Translations under genes and position numbers: made by a program
Part shown: positions 11,590 to 24,850 of the stretch, piece by piece
Numbering within the stretch: the first letter of the stretch is position 1
How the letters are laid out: each line of letters begins with the position of its first letter
The notes under the pieces: model-generated
What the model was told of the DNA's origin: nothing
Database searches by the model: none
What the model saw: the letters and a program-made list of their open reading frames with translations, nothing else
Source: Hypanus sabinus
Lineage: Eukaryota
DNA length: 64,000 nucleotides
Direction: 5' to 3'
Assembly: GCF_030144855.1 (NCBI RefSeq)
Contig: NC_082717.1
Span: 4,154,001-4,218,000 of the forward strand

Positions 11590-14500
11590 ATTTCTTCAGT
11601 GGTTTGAACAGGGCACGACTGTGCAAGCGCGTGGACGTCAGCCAGTGAGCACAGTGAGAAGCGTTCAAAAAGAAGACAGATTTATAAAGCAGGCATCAGA
11701 AAAGTGGGCAACGGAGCAGAGGGAGAAAGATTAGGAAGGCTTTGGCTCAATGGGGCTTTGGCAATAACAGGTCGGGGCGAGTTAGGTTATCTGTCGAGAA
11801 TACAGCCACAAAGTATGTGTGTGAAGCCGGTTTTCTGCGCTCGGAGTCAGATGTGGGAGGTCCAGGAGACTACCAGATGGCCATATCTGCGCCAGGTGCG
11901 TCGAGTTGCAGTTCCTTAGGGACCACGTTCAGGAACTGGAGATGCAGGTTGATGAACTTCATCTGGTCAGAGAGAATGAGGAGGTGATAGAAAGGAGATG
12001 TAGGCAGGTAGTCACTCTGGGTCCTGGGGTGACAGATAAGTGGGCAGTAGTCAGGAGCGGGAAGGGCAAGAGTCAGATGCCAGAGAGTACACCTGTGGCT
12101 GTGCCCCTTGATGATAAGTACTCCTGTTTGAGTACTGCTGGGGGAGCTGGCCTAGCTGGGGGAAGCGACAGTGGCAATGCCTCTGGCACAGAGTCTGACC
12201 CTGTGGATCAGAAGGGTAGGGAAAGGAAGTGGAAGGCAGCAGTGATTACGGATTCTATAGTTAGTGGGCCAGACAGGCGATTCTGTAGATGTAGGAAAGA
12301 AATGTGGATGATAGTTTGCCTCCCAGGTGGCAGGATCCGGGATGATTCTGATCATGTTCACAATATCTTGAAGAGGGAAGGAGAACAGCCAGACGTTGTG
12401 GTACATATTGGTACCAACGACAAAGGTAGGAAAAGGGAGGAGGTCCTGAAAACTGACCATAAGGTGTCAGGAAGGAAGTTGAGAAGCAGGACCTCAAAGG
12501 TAGTAATCTCCAGCTTACTGCCTGTGCCATGTGACAGTGAGTAGAGGAATAGAATGAGGTGGAGGATAAATGTGTGGCTGAGGAATTAGAGCAGGGGCAG
12601 GGATTCAGATTTCTGGATCATTGGGACCTCTTTTGGGGCAGGTGTGACCTGTACAAAAAGGACGGGTTGCACTTGAATCCCAGGGGGACCAAAATCCTGG
12701 TGGGGAGGTTTGCTAAGGCTGTTGAGGAGAGTTTAAACTAGAATTGCTGAGGGGTGGGAACCAGACTGAAGTGACATAAGAAAGGGAGGTTGGCTCACAA
12801 ATAGAGAAAACTTGCAGACAGTGCGAAAGTGAGGATAGGCAGGTAATAGAGAAGGGACGCGCTCAGTCCGATAGTTTGAGATGAGTCTATTTTAATGTGA
12901 GGAGTTTTCTGAACAAAGCTGATGAGTTTAGAGTGTAGATCAGCACTTGGAGCTATGATGTTGTGGCCATTACAGAGACTTATATGGTGCAGGGGCGGGA
13001 ATGGCTACTTCGAGTGTCAGACTTTAGATGTTTCAGAAAGGACTGGGAGGAAGGCAAAAGAAGTGGGGGCATGGCACTGTTGACCAGGGATGGTGTCACA
13101 GCTGCAGAAAAGGAGGAAGACATGGAAGGCTTGTCTCCAGAGACTCTATGGGTGGAAGTTAGGAATCGGAAGGGGACAATACCTACTGGGTGTTTGTTAT
13201 AGACCACAGGGACATCGAGGAGCAGATCAGGAGACAGATTCTGGAAAGAAGTGATAGTGACAGGGTTGCTGTGATGGGAGATTTAAATTTCCCAAAATAT
13301 TGATTGGCATTTTCTTAAAGTGAGGGGTTTAGTTGCAGTGGAATTTGTTAGGTGTGTCCAGGAAGGTTTCTTGACACAATATGTAGATAAGCCTATAAGA
13401 GGAGAGGCTGTACTTCATCTGGTATTGGGAAATGAACCTGGTCAAGTGTCAGATCTCTCAGTGGGAGAGCATTTGGGAGATAGCGATCACAATTCCATCT
13501 TTTTTACCATGGCGTTGGAGAGGGATTGGAACAGACAAGCAAGGGAAATGTTTAATTGGAGTAAGGGGAAATATGAGGTTATCAGAAAGGAACTTGGAAG
13601 CATAAATTGGAAACACATGTTCTAAGGGAAACATATGGAGAAATTAGGAGAGCCAGAAGAGGCCATGAGAAAGTATGCTTCTCATAATTCTCAGCAAGAG
13701 GATAAGATGTGAGAGAATGGGACCAATCAAATGTGACAGTGGAGAAGAGTGTGTGGAACCAGAGGAGATAGAAGAGGTACTTACTGAATACAGTGCTTCA
13801 GTATTCACTTTGGAAAAGGATCTTGGCGATTGTAGGGATGACTTGCAGTGGATTGGAAAGCTTGAGAATATAGATATTAAGAAAGAGGATGTGCTGGAGT
13901 TTTTGGAAGCATCAAATTGGATAAGTCACCGGGACGAGACGAGACGTACCCTTGGCTACTGTGGGAAGCAAGGGATGTGATTGCTGAGCCTCTAGCAATA
14001 ATCCTTGCATCATCAATGGGGACAGGTGAGGTTCTGGAGGATTGGAGGGTTACGGATGTTGTTCTCTTATTCAAGAAAGGGAGTAGAGATATCCCAGGAA
14101 ATTATAGGCCAGTGAGTCTTACTTCAGTGGTTAGTAATTTGATGGAGAAGATCCCAAGAGGCAGAATTTATGAACACCTGGAGATGCATCATATGATTAG
14201 AAATAGTCAGCATGGTTTTGTCAAAGGCAGGTTATGCCTTATGAGGCTGATTGAATTTTTTGAGGATGTGACTAAACACATTGATGAATGTAGAGCCATG
14301 AATGTAGCATATATTGATTTCAGCAAGGCATTTGATAAGGTACCTCATGTAAGGCTTATTGAGAAAGTAAGGAGGCAGGGGATGCAAGGGGACATTGTGG
14401 ATCCAGAACTGGCTTGCGCACAGAAGGCAAAGCAGTGGTTGTAGACGGGTCATATTCTGCATAGAGGTCGGTGACCAGTGGAGTGCCTCAGGGATCTGTT

Positions 14501-15170
14501 CTAGGACCCTTACTCTTCATGATTTTTATAAATGACCTGGATGAGGAAGTGGTGGGACGGGTTTGTAAATTTGCTGATGACACAAAGGTTGGAGGTGTTG
14601 TGGATAGTGTGGAGGGCTGTCAGAGGTTACAGCGGGACATTGATAGGATGTAAAACTGGGCTGAGAACTGGCAGATGGAGTTCTACTCAGATAAGGGTGA
14701 ATTGGCAGAATGTAGCATTAATTGTAAGACTCTTGGCATTGTGGAGAATCAGAGAGATCTTGGAGTCCAAGTCCATAGGACACTCACAGCTGCTGCATAT
14801 GTTGACTCTGTGGTTAAGAAAGCATACAATATATTGTCCTTCATAAACCGTGTGATTAAGTTTAAGAGTCGAAAGGTAATGTTACAGCTACAGTATATAG
14901 GACCCTGGACAGACCCCACTTGGAGTACTGTGCTCAATTCTGGTCGCCTCACTACAGGAAGGATGTGGAAACCATAGAAAGGGTGCAGAGGAGATTTACA
15001 AAGGTGTTGCCTGGATTGGGGAGCATGTCTTATGACAATGGGTTGAGTGAAGTTGCTCTTTTCTCTTTGGAGCGACGGAGGATGAGGGCTTTGAAAAATA
15101 GAGGGCTATGGGTAACTCTCGGTAGTTCTAAGGTAAGGACATGTTCAGCACAGCTTTGTGGGCTGAAGGG
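11590..15170 (+). mobile_element. Near full-length decayed CR1 LINE (5'UTR, ORF1 zinc finger plus SGNH esterase, ORF2 EN/RT)
   Basis: ORF1 QMWEV...C motif. Esterase blocks TDSIV and VVVHIGTND in ORF 11906-12544. Endonuclease pieces VVAITET, GDFNFP and GDSDHN. RT in ORFs 13917 and 14471. Many stops and frameshifts. Confidence 0.85.
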
Positions 15171-15586
15171 TCTGTACTGTGCTGCAGGTTTTCTGTTTCT
15201 ACAAATCTATTGGAATTCTTTAATGAAATAACAATCAGAACAGACAAAGGAGATTCGGTTGATGTTGTGTACTTGGATTTTCAGAAGGCCTTTGACAAGG
15301 TGCCACACATGAGGCTGCTAACAAGCTGTGAGACCATAGAATTACAGGAAAGATTCTGGCATGGACAAAGCAGTGACTGATTGGAAAGAGGCAAAGAGTG
15401 GGAATAAAGTGAGCCCTTTATGGTTGGCTACCAGTGACCAGTGATGTTCCACGGGGGTCTGTGTTGGGACTGATTCATTTTACAGTATATGTCAGTGATT
15501 TGCATCATAGGAGGGGCAGGTTGTTTTGAGGAAGCAGAGAAGCTACAAAAGGACTGGGGTTGAAGTGAAGATATTCTCCCTTACAG

Positions 15587-15931
15587 GTGCAGACATTCCT
15601 GTCCTTATCCAGTCCCCGAGTATACAGCGTGTCACTGAGGGTCACACGGCTTGGTTATGGTGTACCATGAGCAAAGCCAGGCCGGAAAAGACTGACCTCC
15701 ACTGGTATCGGAAACTACCTGGGCAGGACATGGAGTGGGTTTTAACACACAGATCAGGAGGCAGCCCAGGGTGGGGACGGGGTTTCACTGAGAGGTTCCA
15801 GTCCTACAGAGACACGTCCAACAACAGCTTCACCCTGTCGATCACAGACGTGGTGCACAATGATTCTGCCGTCTATTTCTGCAGAGTGTGGGGAGACATC
15901 GATGGGAACGGCACCCAGCTCATCATAACTC
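15587..15931 (+). CDS. Exon V2 (type B): VJ-type Ig V domain with a non-canonical donor (ATGAGT)
   Basis: Acceptor ttacag|GT; 345 bp open. Encodes ADIPVLIQSP...LWC...HWYRKLPG...DSAVYFCRVWGDIDGNGTQLIIT. The position equivalent to the other donors reads atgagt (15932-15937); read-through stops at TAA 15937-15939. Confidence 0.75.
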
Positions 15932-16209
15932 ATGAGTAAAAGTTCTATTTATTCAGCAGTGTGTCCCTGCATTGGGAGTTATTCCACCACCACTCACTTC
16001 CCGTGGCTGGGCACATTGTAGTAAAGAACACACAGTGTAACACTGGAGCCCCGTCACTGGGACACGATCCAGAGCACTGTGGCCCCTAACTCATGGGTGG
16101 GGAGCACCAACATGGTGACTGACCATCTGCTCTATGTGTCCAGTTGGATATTTGAAAATAAATGTCAATGTGGAGTGTGTTATCACAGGAGAGAAAAGGA
16201 GAAACTCTT

Positions 16210-16930
16210 CAGTGTTCAGAGTCATAGATCAGGGTCTCAAGGCACGACTGCGCAAACGCGTGGACATCAGTCAATTAGAACAGCGAGAATAGTTTAAAAT
16301 GAGACAGTTATTTGTGGTTTGACTGAGGTACGACTGTAGCATGTGGATGTCAGCCAGTTAGAACAGCGAGAATAGTTTAAAATGAGACAGTTATTTCTTC
16401 AGTGGTTTGACTGAGGTACGAGTGTAGCGTGTGGACATCAGCCAGTTAGAACAGCGAGAATAGTTTAAAGGAGACAGCGTTATAATGCAGATAACAGAGA
16501 TGAGGGAATCAGAGTAGGAAGGCATTGGCAGAATGGAGCTTCAGCGATAACGGGTCGAGGCGAGGTAGGTTGCCTGTGTAGAATACAGACAGGAAGTATG
16601 TGTGTGAGGCCGGCGTTCTGTGCTCCGTGTCAGATGTGGGAAGTCCGGGAGACTTTCAGCCACATCTGCGTCAGGTGCGTCGAGCTGCAGCTCCTTGGGG
16701 ACCACGTTAGGGAACTGGAGAAGCAGCTCGATGCCCTTTGTCTGGTCAGGGAGAGTGAAGAGGTGATAGAAAGCAGCAATAGGCAAGATGGAGCTCAACC
16801 CAGGTAAGTGTGAGGTGGTTCATTTTGGTAGGTCAAATATGATGGCAGAATCTTGTATTCATGGTAAGACTCTTGGCAGTGTGGAGGATCAGAGGGATCT
16901 TGGGGTCCGAGTCCATAGGAAACTCAAAGC
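16210..16930 (+). mobile_element. CR1 5' end with tandem ~85-bp UTR monomers and ORF1 start, joined to an RT fragment
   Basis: Three copies of gtggac(a/g)tcag...ttagaacagcgagaatagtttaaa at ~16260, 16343 and 16431. ORF 16598 reads MCVRPAFCAPCQMWEVRE. Confidence 0.7.
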
Positions 16931-16934
16931 TGCT

Positions 16935-17800
16935 GCTCATCGCTGGATAAACGTAACATTTCAGTGCTCTGAGGCGGGTTGCCATGCCTACTTTAGTGTT
17001 GGTCAGTATACTCTTCATTCTCATAAAGGTGTCTTTTGCCATCCCTATTCTTTTGATGTCCATGTTGCACCTGCCATCTGATGTCACCCAGCTTCCTAAA
17101 TAACAAAAGTTCCGTACTTGTTTATGTCTTTCCCGTTTATTCTCAACCTGCAGTTAGGATTCTTCTTCTTTTCAGATATCACCATACATTCTGTATTTTT
17201 GCAGTTGATAGACAGACCCATTTTTGCACTTTCTTCAACAACTATATCAATTAAGTTTTGTAGTTCTTCGTACTTGCAATTAACACAGTGTCATCCGCAT
17301 TTCTGAAATTATTGATGTTACACCGCCAACTTTGATTCTCAAGATGTCTCTTATTTTTTGGAATATTGTTTCACTATACACATTAAACAAACCAGGGGGA
17401 AAACATACCCTTGTCTAACGCCTCTCTTGATTTTCGTAAACTGACTCACTTCTCCATCTATTCTTACAGCGGCAGTTTGTTCCCAGTACAGATTTCTCAT
17501 TAGGCGGAGGTCTTTCAAATCCAGATCTAAAGTTTCCTGTAATATTTCAAATAAGTTATTGTGCTTCACTTTATCAAATGCTTTTGTGTAGTCGATAAAA
17601 CAAGCAAACAAATCTTTTTGCACTTGAATAGCTCATTCTGATATATCCTTAACATCAATATCACGTTTCTTGTACCTTTGTCTTTCACAAAACCACATTG
17701 TTCTTTACCAATTTCAGCTTGCATCTTTCTTTCTTCAGAATTGTCTTGAAGATCCTCTTGACGCTGTTGTTGTGTGATACAGTTTGTGAGTTTGACCATG
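16935..17800 (-). mobile_element. RTE-clade LINE fragment
   Basis: FACFIDYTKAFDKVKH, KRGVRQG, EQCGFVKDKGTRN and KRIGMAKDTF..MKSILTN are RTE/BovB-type RT motifs. Confidence 0.8.
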
Positions 17801-19265
17801 GTTTTCTTAGCAAATAGATTCTAGGAAACCTAGTATCAACAACGGTGGTTTGCGAATGCCTTCTGTTGGGTGAACAAAGAAATCGTCATTTCCTCCAAGT
17901 CCATAAAACACTGAAAGCTGCTCCGCAGGTTGACCCTCTGGTTAAGGATGCATATGGTGCATTGGCCTTCCTCTATCATGGGAATGAGTTTAAGAACCGA
18001 GAGGTAATGTTGCAGCTATATAGGACCCTGGTCAGACCCCTCCTGGAGAACTGTGCTCAGTTCTGGTCACCTCACGACAGGTAGGACGTGGAAACCATAG
18101 GAAGGGTGCAGAGGAGATTTACAAGGATGTTGCCTGGATTGGGGAGCATGCCTTATGAAAACATGTTGAGTGAACTCAGCCTTTTCTCCTTGGAGTGATG
18201 GAGGATGAGAGGTGACCTGATAGATGTGTTTAAGATGATGAGAGGGATTGATCGTGCAGATAGTCAGAGGCTTTTTCCCAGGGCCAATATGAGAGGGTGC
18301 AGTTTTAAGGTGCTTGGAAGTAGGTACAAAGGAGATGTCAGGGTTAAATTTTTTACTCAGTGGTGAGTGCATGGAATGGGCTGCCAGTGATTTTGGTAAA
18401 GGTGGATATGATCTGGTCTTTTGAGAGACTCCTGGATAGGTACACGGAGCTTAGAAAATTGAGGGCTATGGGTAACCCTCGGTAATTTCTATAGTGAGGA
18501 CATGTTCGGCACAGCTTTGTGGGCCAAAGGGCCTGTATTGTGCAGTAGGCTTTCTATGTTTCTCTGTTTCTTCAATCGGAATCAGGTTTACTATCACAGG
18601 TGTATGTACTGAAATTTGTTAACTTAGCCACAGCAGTACAATGCAATAAATGACAATATCAATTACAGTAAATCCACATCAAATAGTTAAAATAAAAATA
18701 GTGCAAAACAAAAAGTGAGGGAGACATCACAGGTTCGATGTCCATTTTGGAATCATATGGTAGAGGGGAAGAAACTGTTCCTGAATCATTGAGTGTGTGC
18801 TTTCAAACTTCTGTACCTCCTTCCGGACAGTAACAATGAGAAGAGGGCATGTCCTGCGTGATGGGGGTGCTTTATAATGGCTGTCTCCTTTCTGAGATGC
18901 CATCTCCCTCAAAAGCTCCTAAACTGTGGAATTCAATACCTAAAACTATAAGGGATGCAGACTCGATTGACACATTTAAATGCCAGTTCAAAAAAAACTT
19001 GCTTTAATCTAACATCTTTTCAAAGTTCAATGTCAAATTAAATTTATTATCAAATTACGAATATGTCACCATATACAACCCTGAGACTAAAGAATAGAAT
19101 AATAACAATGAACGACTGCACCAACTTGGTCAGGTCACTGACTTTAGTAAAGAGCTGAAAATTATTCTTGTGGCTAACACTTATTTAAATTTTAGAAATT
19201 GTTAAATGCTGGGGAAATATACTGCCTTGTAGATACACATTAATGTATCCATATCCAACACACAG

Positions 19266-19613
19266 ATCCCGCAGATGATCCCGTCCTTGTGCAGTATCCA
19301 CCGGTCAGCAAGGTGCCAGAGGGTGTAACTGTCCAGCTCCACTGTGCCTTGTATAACGCCAGTGTCAATGTCACCGATGTACACTGGTACCACCAGCGAC
19401 CTGGGAACAAGAGCGAGTGGGCGTTGAGTCACTTTGTGAATGACTCGGTGAGCAGGTCCGGGGGTATCTCTGACCGTTTTCAGTCTCACAGGAATGGCGT
19501 GAATAACAGTTACATTCTGACCATCAGCAACACATCTATTAGTGACACTGCAGTGTACAACTGCAGTGTGTGGAATTACATCTACGGAGGAGGAACACAG
19601 CTCAATGTAACTG
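19266..19613 (+). CDS. Exon V3 (type A): VJ-type Ig V domain, heavily N-glycosylated
   Basis: Acceptor cacag|AT (in-frame alternative at 19275) and donor G|gtaagt at 19614; phase 1-1. Encodes DPVLVQYP...LHC...VHWYHQRPG...DTAVYNCSVWNYIYGGGTQLNVT. Confidence 0.9.
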
Positions 19614-20029
19614 GTAAGTCAACGTCAGTTTACTCTGACAATAACAGCATCTCAGTATCCAACCTTCACACGATGACTGTCAGACACGGGGTTCTGTAAT
19701 GTCCCCAGTAGAACAGAGTCGGATGGTTTCCCCTGGAGTGTAAACTGGTAACAGTTGGGAAATGGAAAAGTGGGAAAGGACAGGTACTCTGGAATAATAT
19801 AGAAAATCTTGGCAAATCATTTTGTGGGTGAACAGGTTTTTCTCTGAACCTCAGTATGTGTGACAATAATAAGTCAATTTACTGAGAGCTCTCCCTGTGG
19901 GTGTGAGTTATCAGTACTGGACGATGTTATCAATTGGAAAAACAGTCAGAACAAATGGACAGGAGAAGAGGATAAAATGATATGTGTAAAAGAAATAGAC
20001 TGGTCGTTAAGTTTAAAGTAAGAGAACAC

Positions 20030-21965
20030 TTGTACAACGGGTAGAGATTTTTGATTGGAGAAAGGCTTACTTTGAGGAGATGTGAAAGGACTTAAAAGGA
20101 GTGGATTGGAACAATTTGTTTTATGGGAAGGATGTAATAGAGAAATGGAGATAATTTAAAGCTGAAATTTTGAGGGTACAGAATCCTTATGTTCCTGTTA
20201 GGTTGAAAGGAAAGGTTAAAAGTTTGAGAGAGCCATGGTTTTCAAGGGATATTGGAAACATGGTTCGGAAAAAGAGAGAGATATCTACAATAAATATAGG
20301 CAGCATGGAGTAAATGAGGTGCTCGAGGAATATAAAGAATGTAAAAAGAATCTTAAGAAAGAAATTAGAAAAGCTAAAAGAAGATATGAGGTTGCTTTGG
20401 CAAGTAAGGTGAAAATAACTTGAAAGGGTTTCTACAGTTATATTAATAGCAAAAGGATAGTGAGGGATAAAATTGATCCCTTAGAGAATCAGAGTGGACA
20501 GCTATGTGTGGAGCCAAAAGAGATGGGGGAGATTTTGAACAATTTGTTTTCTTCAGTAAGGAGAAGGATATTGAATTGTGTAAGGTAAGGGAAACAAGTA
20601 GGGTAGTTGCAGAAACTATGATGATAAAAGAGGAGGAAGAACTGGCACTTTTAAGGAATATAAAAGTGGATAAGTCTCCGGATCCTGACAGGATTTACCT
20701 AGGACTTTGAGGGAAGTTCGTGAAGAAATAGCAGGGGCTCTGACAGAAACTTTTCAAACGTCATTAGAGATGGGGATGGTGCCGGAGGATTGGCGTATTG
20801 CTCGTGTGGTTCCCTTGTTTAAAAAGGGTTCTAAGAGTAAACCTAGCAATTATAGGCCTGTAAGTTTGATGTCAGTAGTGGGTAAATTAATGGAAAGTAT
20901 TCTTAGAGATGGTATATATAATTATCTGGATAGATAGGGTCTGATTAGGAACAGTCAACATGGATTTGTGCATGGAAGTTCATGTTTGACAAATCTTATT
21001 GAATTTTTTGAAGAGGTTACTAGGAAAGTTGACAAGGATAAAGCAGTCAATGTTGTCCGTATGGACTTCAGTAAGGCCTTTGAGAAGGTTCCACACGGAA
21101 CGTTAGTTAGGAAAGTTCAATCATTAGCTATTAATCTTGAAGTTGTAAAACCAGTGGCTGGTTGGGAGATGCAAGGGAGTAGTGGTGGATAACTGTTTGT
21201 CAGATTGGATGCCAGTGACTAGTGGTGTGCCTTAGGGATCTGTACTGGGCCCAATGTTGTTTGTCATATACATTAATGATCTGGATGATGAGGTGGTAAA
21301 TTGGATTAGTAAGTATGCAGATGATACTAAGATAGGTGGCATTGTGGATAATGAAGTAGGTTTTCAAAGCTTGCAGAGAGATTTAGGCCAGTTAGAAGAG
21401 TGGGCTGAAAGATGGCAAATGGAGTTTAATGCTGATAAGTGTGAGGTGCTACACTTTGGTAGGACTAATCAAAATAGGACATACATGGTAAATGGTAGGG
21501 CATTGAAGAATGCAATAGAACAGAGTGATCTAGGAATAATGGTGCATAGTTCCCTGATGGTGGAATCTCATGTGGATAGGGTGGTGAAGAAAGCTTTTGG
21601 TATGCTGGCCTTTATAAATCAGAGCATTGAGTATAGGAGATGGGATTAATGTTAAAACTGTACAAGGCATTGGTGAGGCCAAATTTGCAGTATTGTGTAC
21701 AGTTCTGGTCACCAAATTATAGGAAAGATGTCAACAAAATAGAGAGAGTACAGAGAAGATTTACTAGCATGTTATTTGGGTTTCAACACTTAAGTTACAG
21801 AGAAAGGTTGAACAGGTTAGGTCTTTATTCTTTGGAGCGTAGAAGGTTGAGGGGGGACTTGATAGAGGTATTTAAAATTATGAGTGGGATAGATAGAGTT
21901 GACATGGATAGGGAGAGTGGGGAGATTCAAAGAAGAGGACATGAGTTGAGAGTTAGAGGGCAAAA
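20030..21965 (+). mobile_element. CR1 LINE ORF2 fragment
   Basis: ORFs 20707, 20968, 21254 and 21640 carry RT motifs (NYRPVSL, DFSKAF, YADDTK, YCVQFWSP). Confidence 0.85.
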
Positions 21966-21969
21966 GTTT

Positions 21970-24850
21970 AGAACATAGAACATAGAATAGTACAGCACAT
22001 TACAGACCCTTCAGCCCTCAATGTTGTGCCGACCCTCAAGCCCTGCCTCCTATATATCCCCCCACCTTAAATTCCTCCATATACCTGTCTGGTAGTCTCT
22101 TAAACTTCACTAGTGTATCTGCCTCCACCACTGACTCAGGCAGTGCATTCCACGTACCAACTACTGAGTGAAAAACCTTCCTCTAATATCCCCCTTGAAC
22201 TTCCCTCCCCTTACCTTAAAGCCATGTCCTCTTGTACTGAACAGTGGTGCCCTGGGGAAGAGGCGCTGGCTGTCCACTCTGTCTATTCCTCTTAAGAGTG
22301 AAGCCCTAGCTCCCTTAATCTCTGATCATAATGCACACTCTCTAAACCAGGCAGCATCCTGGTAAATCTCCTCTGTACCTCAACGCTCAATGTACCTTAA
22401 ATCTCAATGCTCCCACATCCTTCCTATACTGAGGTGACCAGAACTGGACACAGTACTTGGTGTGGCCTGTTACGTACCCCGTAACTGGGTGTCTGACCAG
22501 CAGAGATAGAAGTATCCGTTGGAGTCTGGTGGTACCAAAACTAAAGGTGTTTATTAGTAAACTACACAATACAGTATCAAAAATGCAAATATACATATAA
22601 AACATGTTAGCAGTAATAAACCTAAAAGTGTAGGAATAATAATAAGCAATAATAAACAAGCTCTATCGATGTCTAGGGGGTAAATGAATTGTCATAGAAA
22701 AGTATAAAGTTCAGTTCAGTTCATGCGTGCTGAGGTAGTTATGGAGAGAGGGAGAGAGAGATTCTTAATCTGTCGTGTCGTTGTGCTCATTCACTATGAC
22801 CCCTCTGTTCTTCAGGTAGACCATTCTTCTGTGGTGGACTCGTCACTCTGGCATGAGTGGACACACACACAAGTCCCCACCGGCCCTGCCGTCACACTGT
22901 GAGCTTTACAGACCGATCTCCTGATTCGGTCTCCGAATCTCCCACCTTTCTCTGGGTCCACAACACTCAGTCAGTGTCCACTGGTGTGTCTGAGGGGTGT
23001 CTCCCCAGACCTGTCTTTTATCCCTACTAACGGGGTCTCAGCTCTCCATCAATTCTGAATGACTGTGTTTCTCAAATCAGGCCACTCCTGCTGTCTCCTG
23101 AGGAATGTTAATGAGCAAAGTAAAGTAGTGAAAGGTAAATAATCCAGGAAGAGTCAAAATACAATAAATCAATAGTCTCTCTCTCCCTCTTATCTGTAGC
23201 AAATGTTCCTGCCTCTGTGCTCTATCTATCTCTCTCATTAGCAACATAGCAATAGTTTGTAGTTGTCGGGGGGGGGGGGGAAATGGTTAACTCTGCACCC
23301 CACTTTCCATCCAGTCTGTTCATCACTCATAACAGGCCTAACAAGAGTTTTATACAACTGCATCATTACATCGTGACTCTTAAACTCTATCCCTCGACTG
23401 ATGAAAGCTAACACCCCATAACCTTCTTGACCTGTGAGGCAACTTTCAGGGATCTGTGGACATGTACCCCCAGATCTCTCTGCTCCTCCACACTACCAAG
23501 TATCCTGCCATTTATTTTGTACTCTGCCTTGGAGTTTGTCTTTCCAAAGTGTACCACCTCACACTTCTCCGGGTTGAACTCCATCTGCCACTTCTCAGCC
23601 CACTTCTGCATCCTATCAATGTCTCTCTGCAATCTTCGACAATCCTCTACACTATCTACAACACCACCAACCTTTGTGTCATCTGCAAACTTGCCAACCC
23701 ACTCTTCTACCCCCACATCCAGGTTGCTAATAAAAATCACAAAAAATAGAGGTCCCAGAACAGATCCTTGTGGGACACCACTAGTCACAACCCTCCAGTC
23801 TGAATGTACTCCCTCCACCACGACCCTATGCCTTTTGCAGGCAAGCCAATTCTGAATCCACCTGGCCAAACTTCCCTGGATCCCATGCCTTCTGACTTTC
23901 TGAATAAGCCTACCGTGTGGAACCTTCTCAAATGCCTTACTAAAATCCATGTAGATCACATCCACTGCACTACCCTCATCTATATGCCTGGTCACCTCCT
24001 CAATGAACTCTATCAGGTTTGTTAGGCATGATCTGCCCTTCACAAAGCCACGCTGACTGTCCCTGATCAGACCATGATTCTTTAAATGCCCATAGATCCT
24101 ATCTCTAAGAACCTTTTCCAACAGCTTTCCCACCACAGACATAAGGCTCACTTGTCTATAATTACCTGGACTAACCCTACAACCTCTTTTGTACAAGGGG
24201 ACAACATTCACCTCCCTCCAATCCTCTGGTACCATTCCCGTGGACAACGAGGACATAAAAATCCTAGCCAGAGGATCAGCAATCTCTTCCCTTGCCTCGT
24301 GGAGCAGACTGGGGAATATTCCATCAGGCCCTGGGGATTTAATCATTCTAATGTATTTTAACAACTCCAACAGCTCCTCACCCTTAATATCAACGTGCTC
24401 CAGAACATCAACCTCATTCATATTGTCCTCACCGTCATCAAGTTCCCTCTCATTGGTGAATACCGAAGAGAAGTATTCATTGAGGACCTCGCTCACTTCC
24501 ACAGCCTCCAGGCACATCTTCCCACCTTTATCTCTAATCGGTCCTACTTTCACTCCTGTCATCCTTTTATTCTCAACATAATTGAAGAATGCCTTGGGGA
24601 TTTCCTTTACCCTACTCGCCAAGGCCTTCTCATGCCCCCTTCTTGCTCTTCTCAGCCCCTTCTTAAGCTCCATTCTTGCTGCCCTATATTCCTCAATAGA
24701 CCCATCTGATCCTTCCTTCCTAAACCCCGTGTATGCTGCCTTCTTCCACCTGACTAGATTCTCCACTTCACTTGTCACCCATGGTTCCTTCACCCTACCA
24801 TTCTTTATCTTCCTCACCGGGACAAATTTATCCCTAACATCCTGCAAGAT
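21970..24850 (-). mobile_element. CR1 LINE (same subfamily as 4150-6500) interrupted by a solo LTR
   Basis: 497-aa ORF 23408-24901 with a full RT motif set. The 3' part resumes left of 22467 and ends in an (AGAACAT)n-type tail at ~21970. Confidence 0.9.
22468..23334 (-). mobile_element. Solo LTR, 867 bp, 4-bp TSD GGCC
   Basis: Termini TGTTACG...CATAACA. GGCC at 22464-22467 and 23335-23338. The CR1 host sequence is continuous across the insertion. Antisense AATAAA (tttatt ~22551). Confidence 0.85.

Noticed and set aside
16031-16037. CACAGTG heptamer near V2 (others at 11650 and 46760)
   Set aside because: No ACAAAAACC-like nonamer at 12 or 23 bp, and the heptamer does not abut a coding end.
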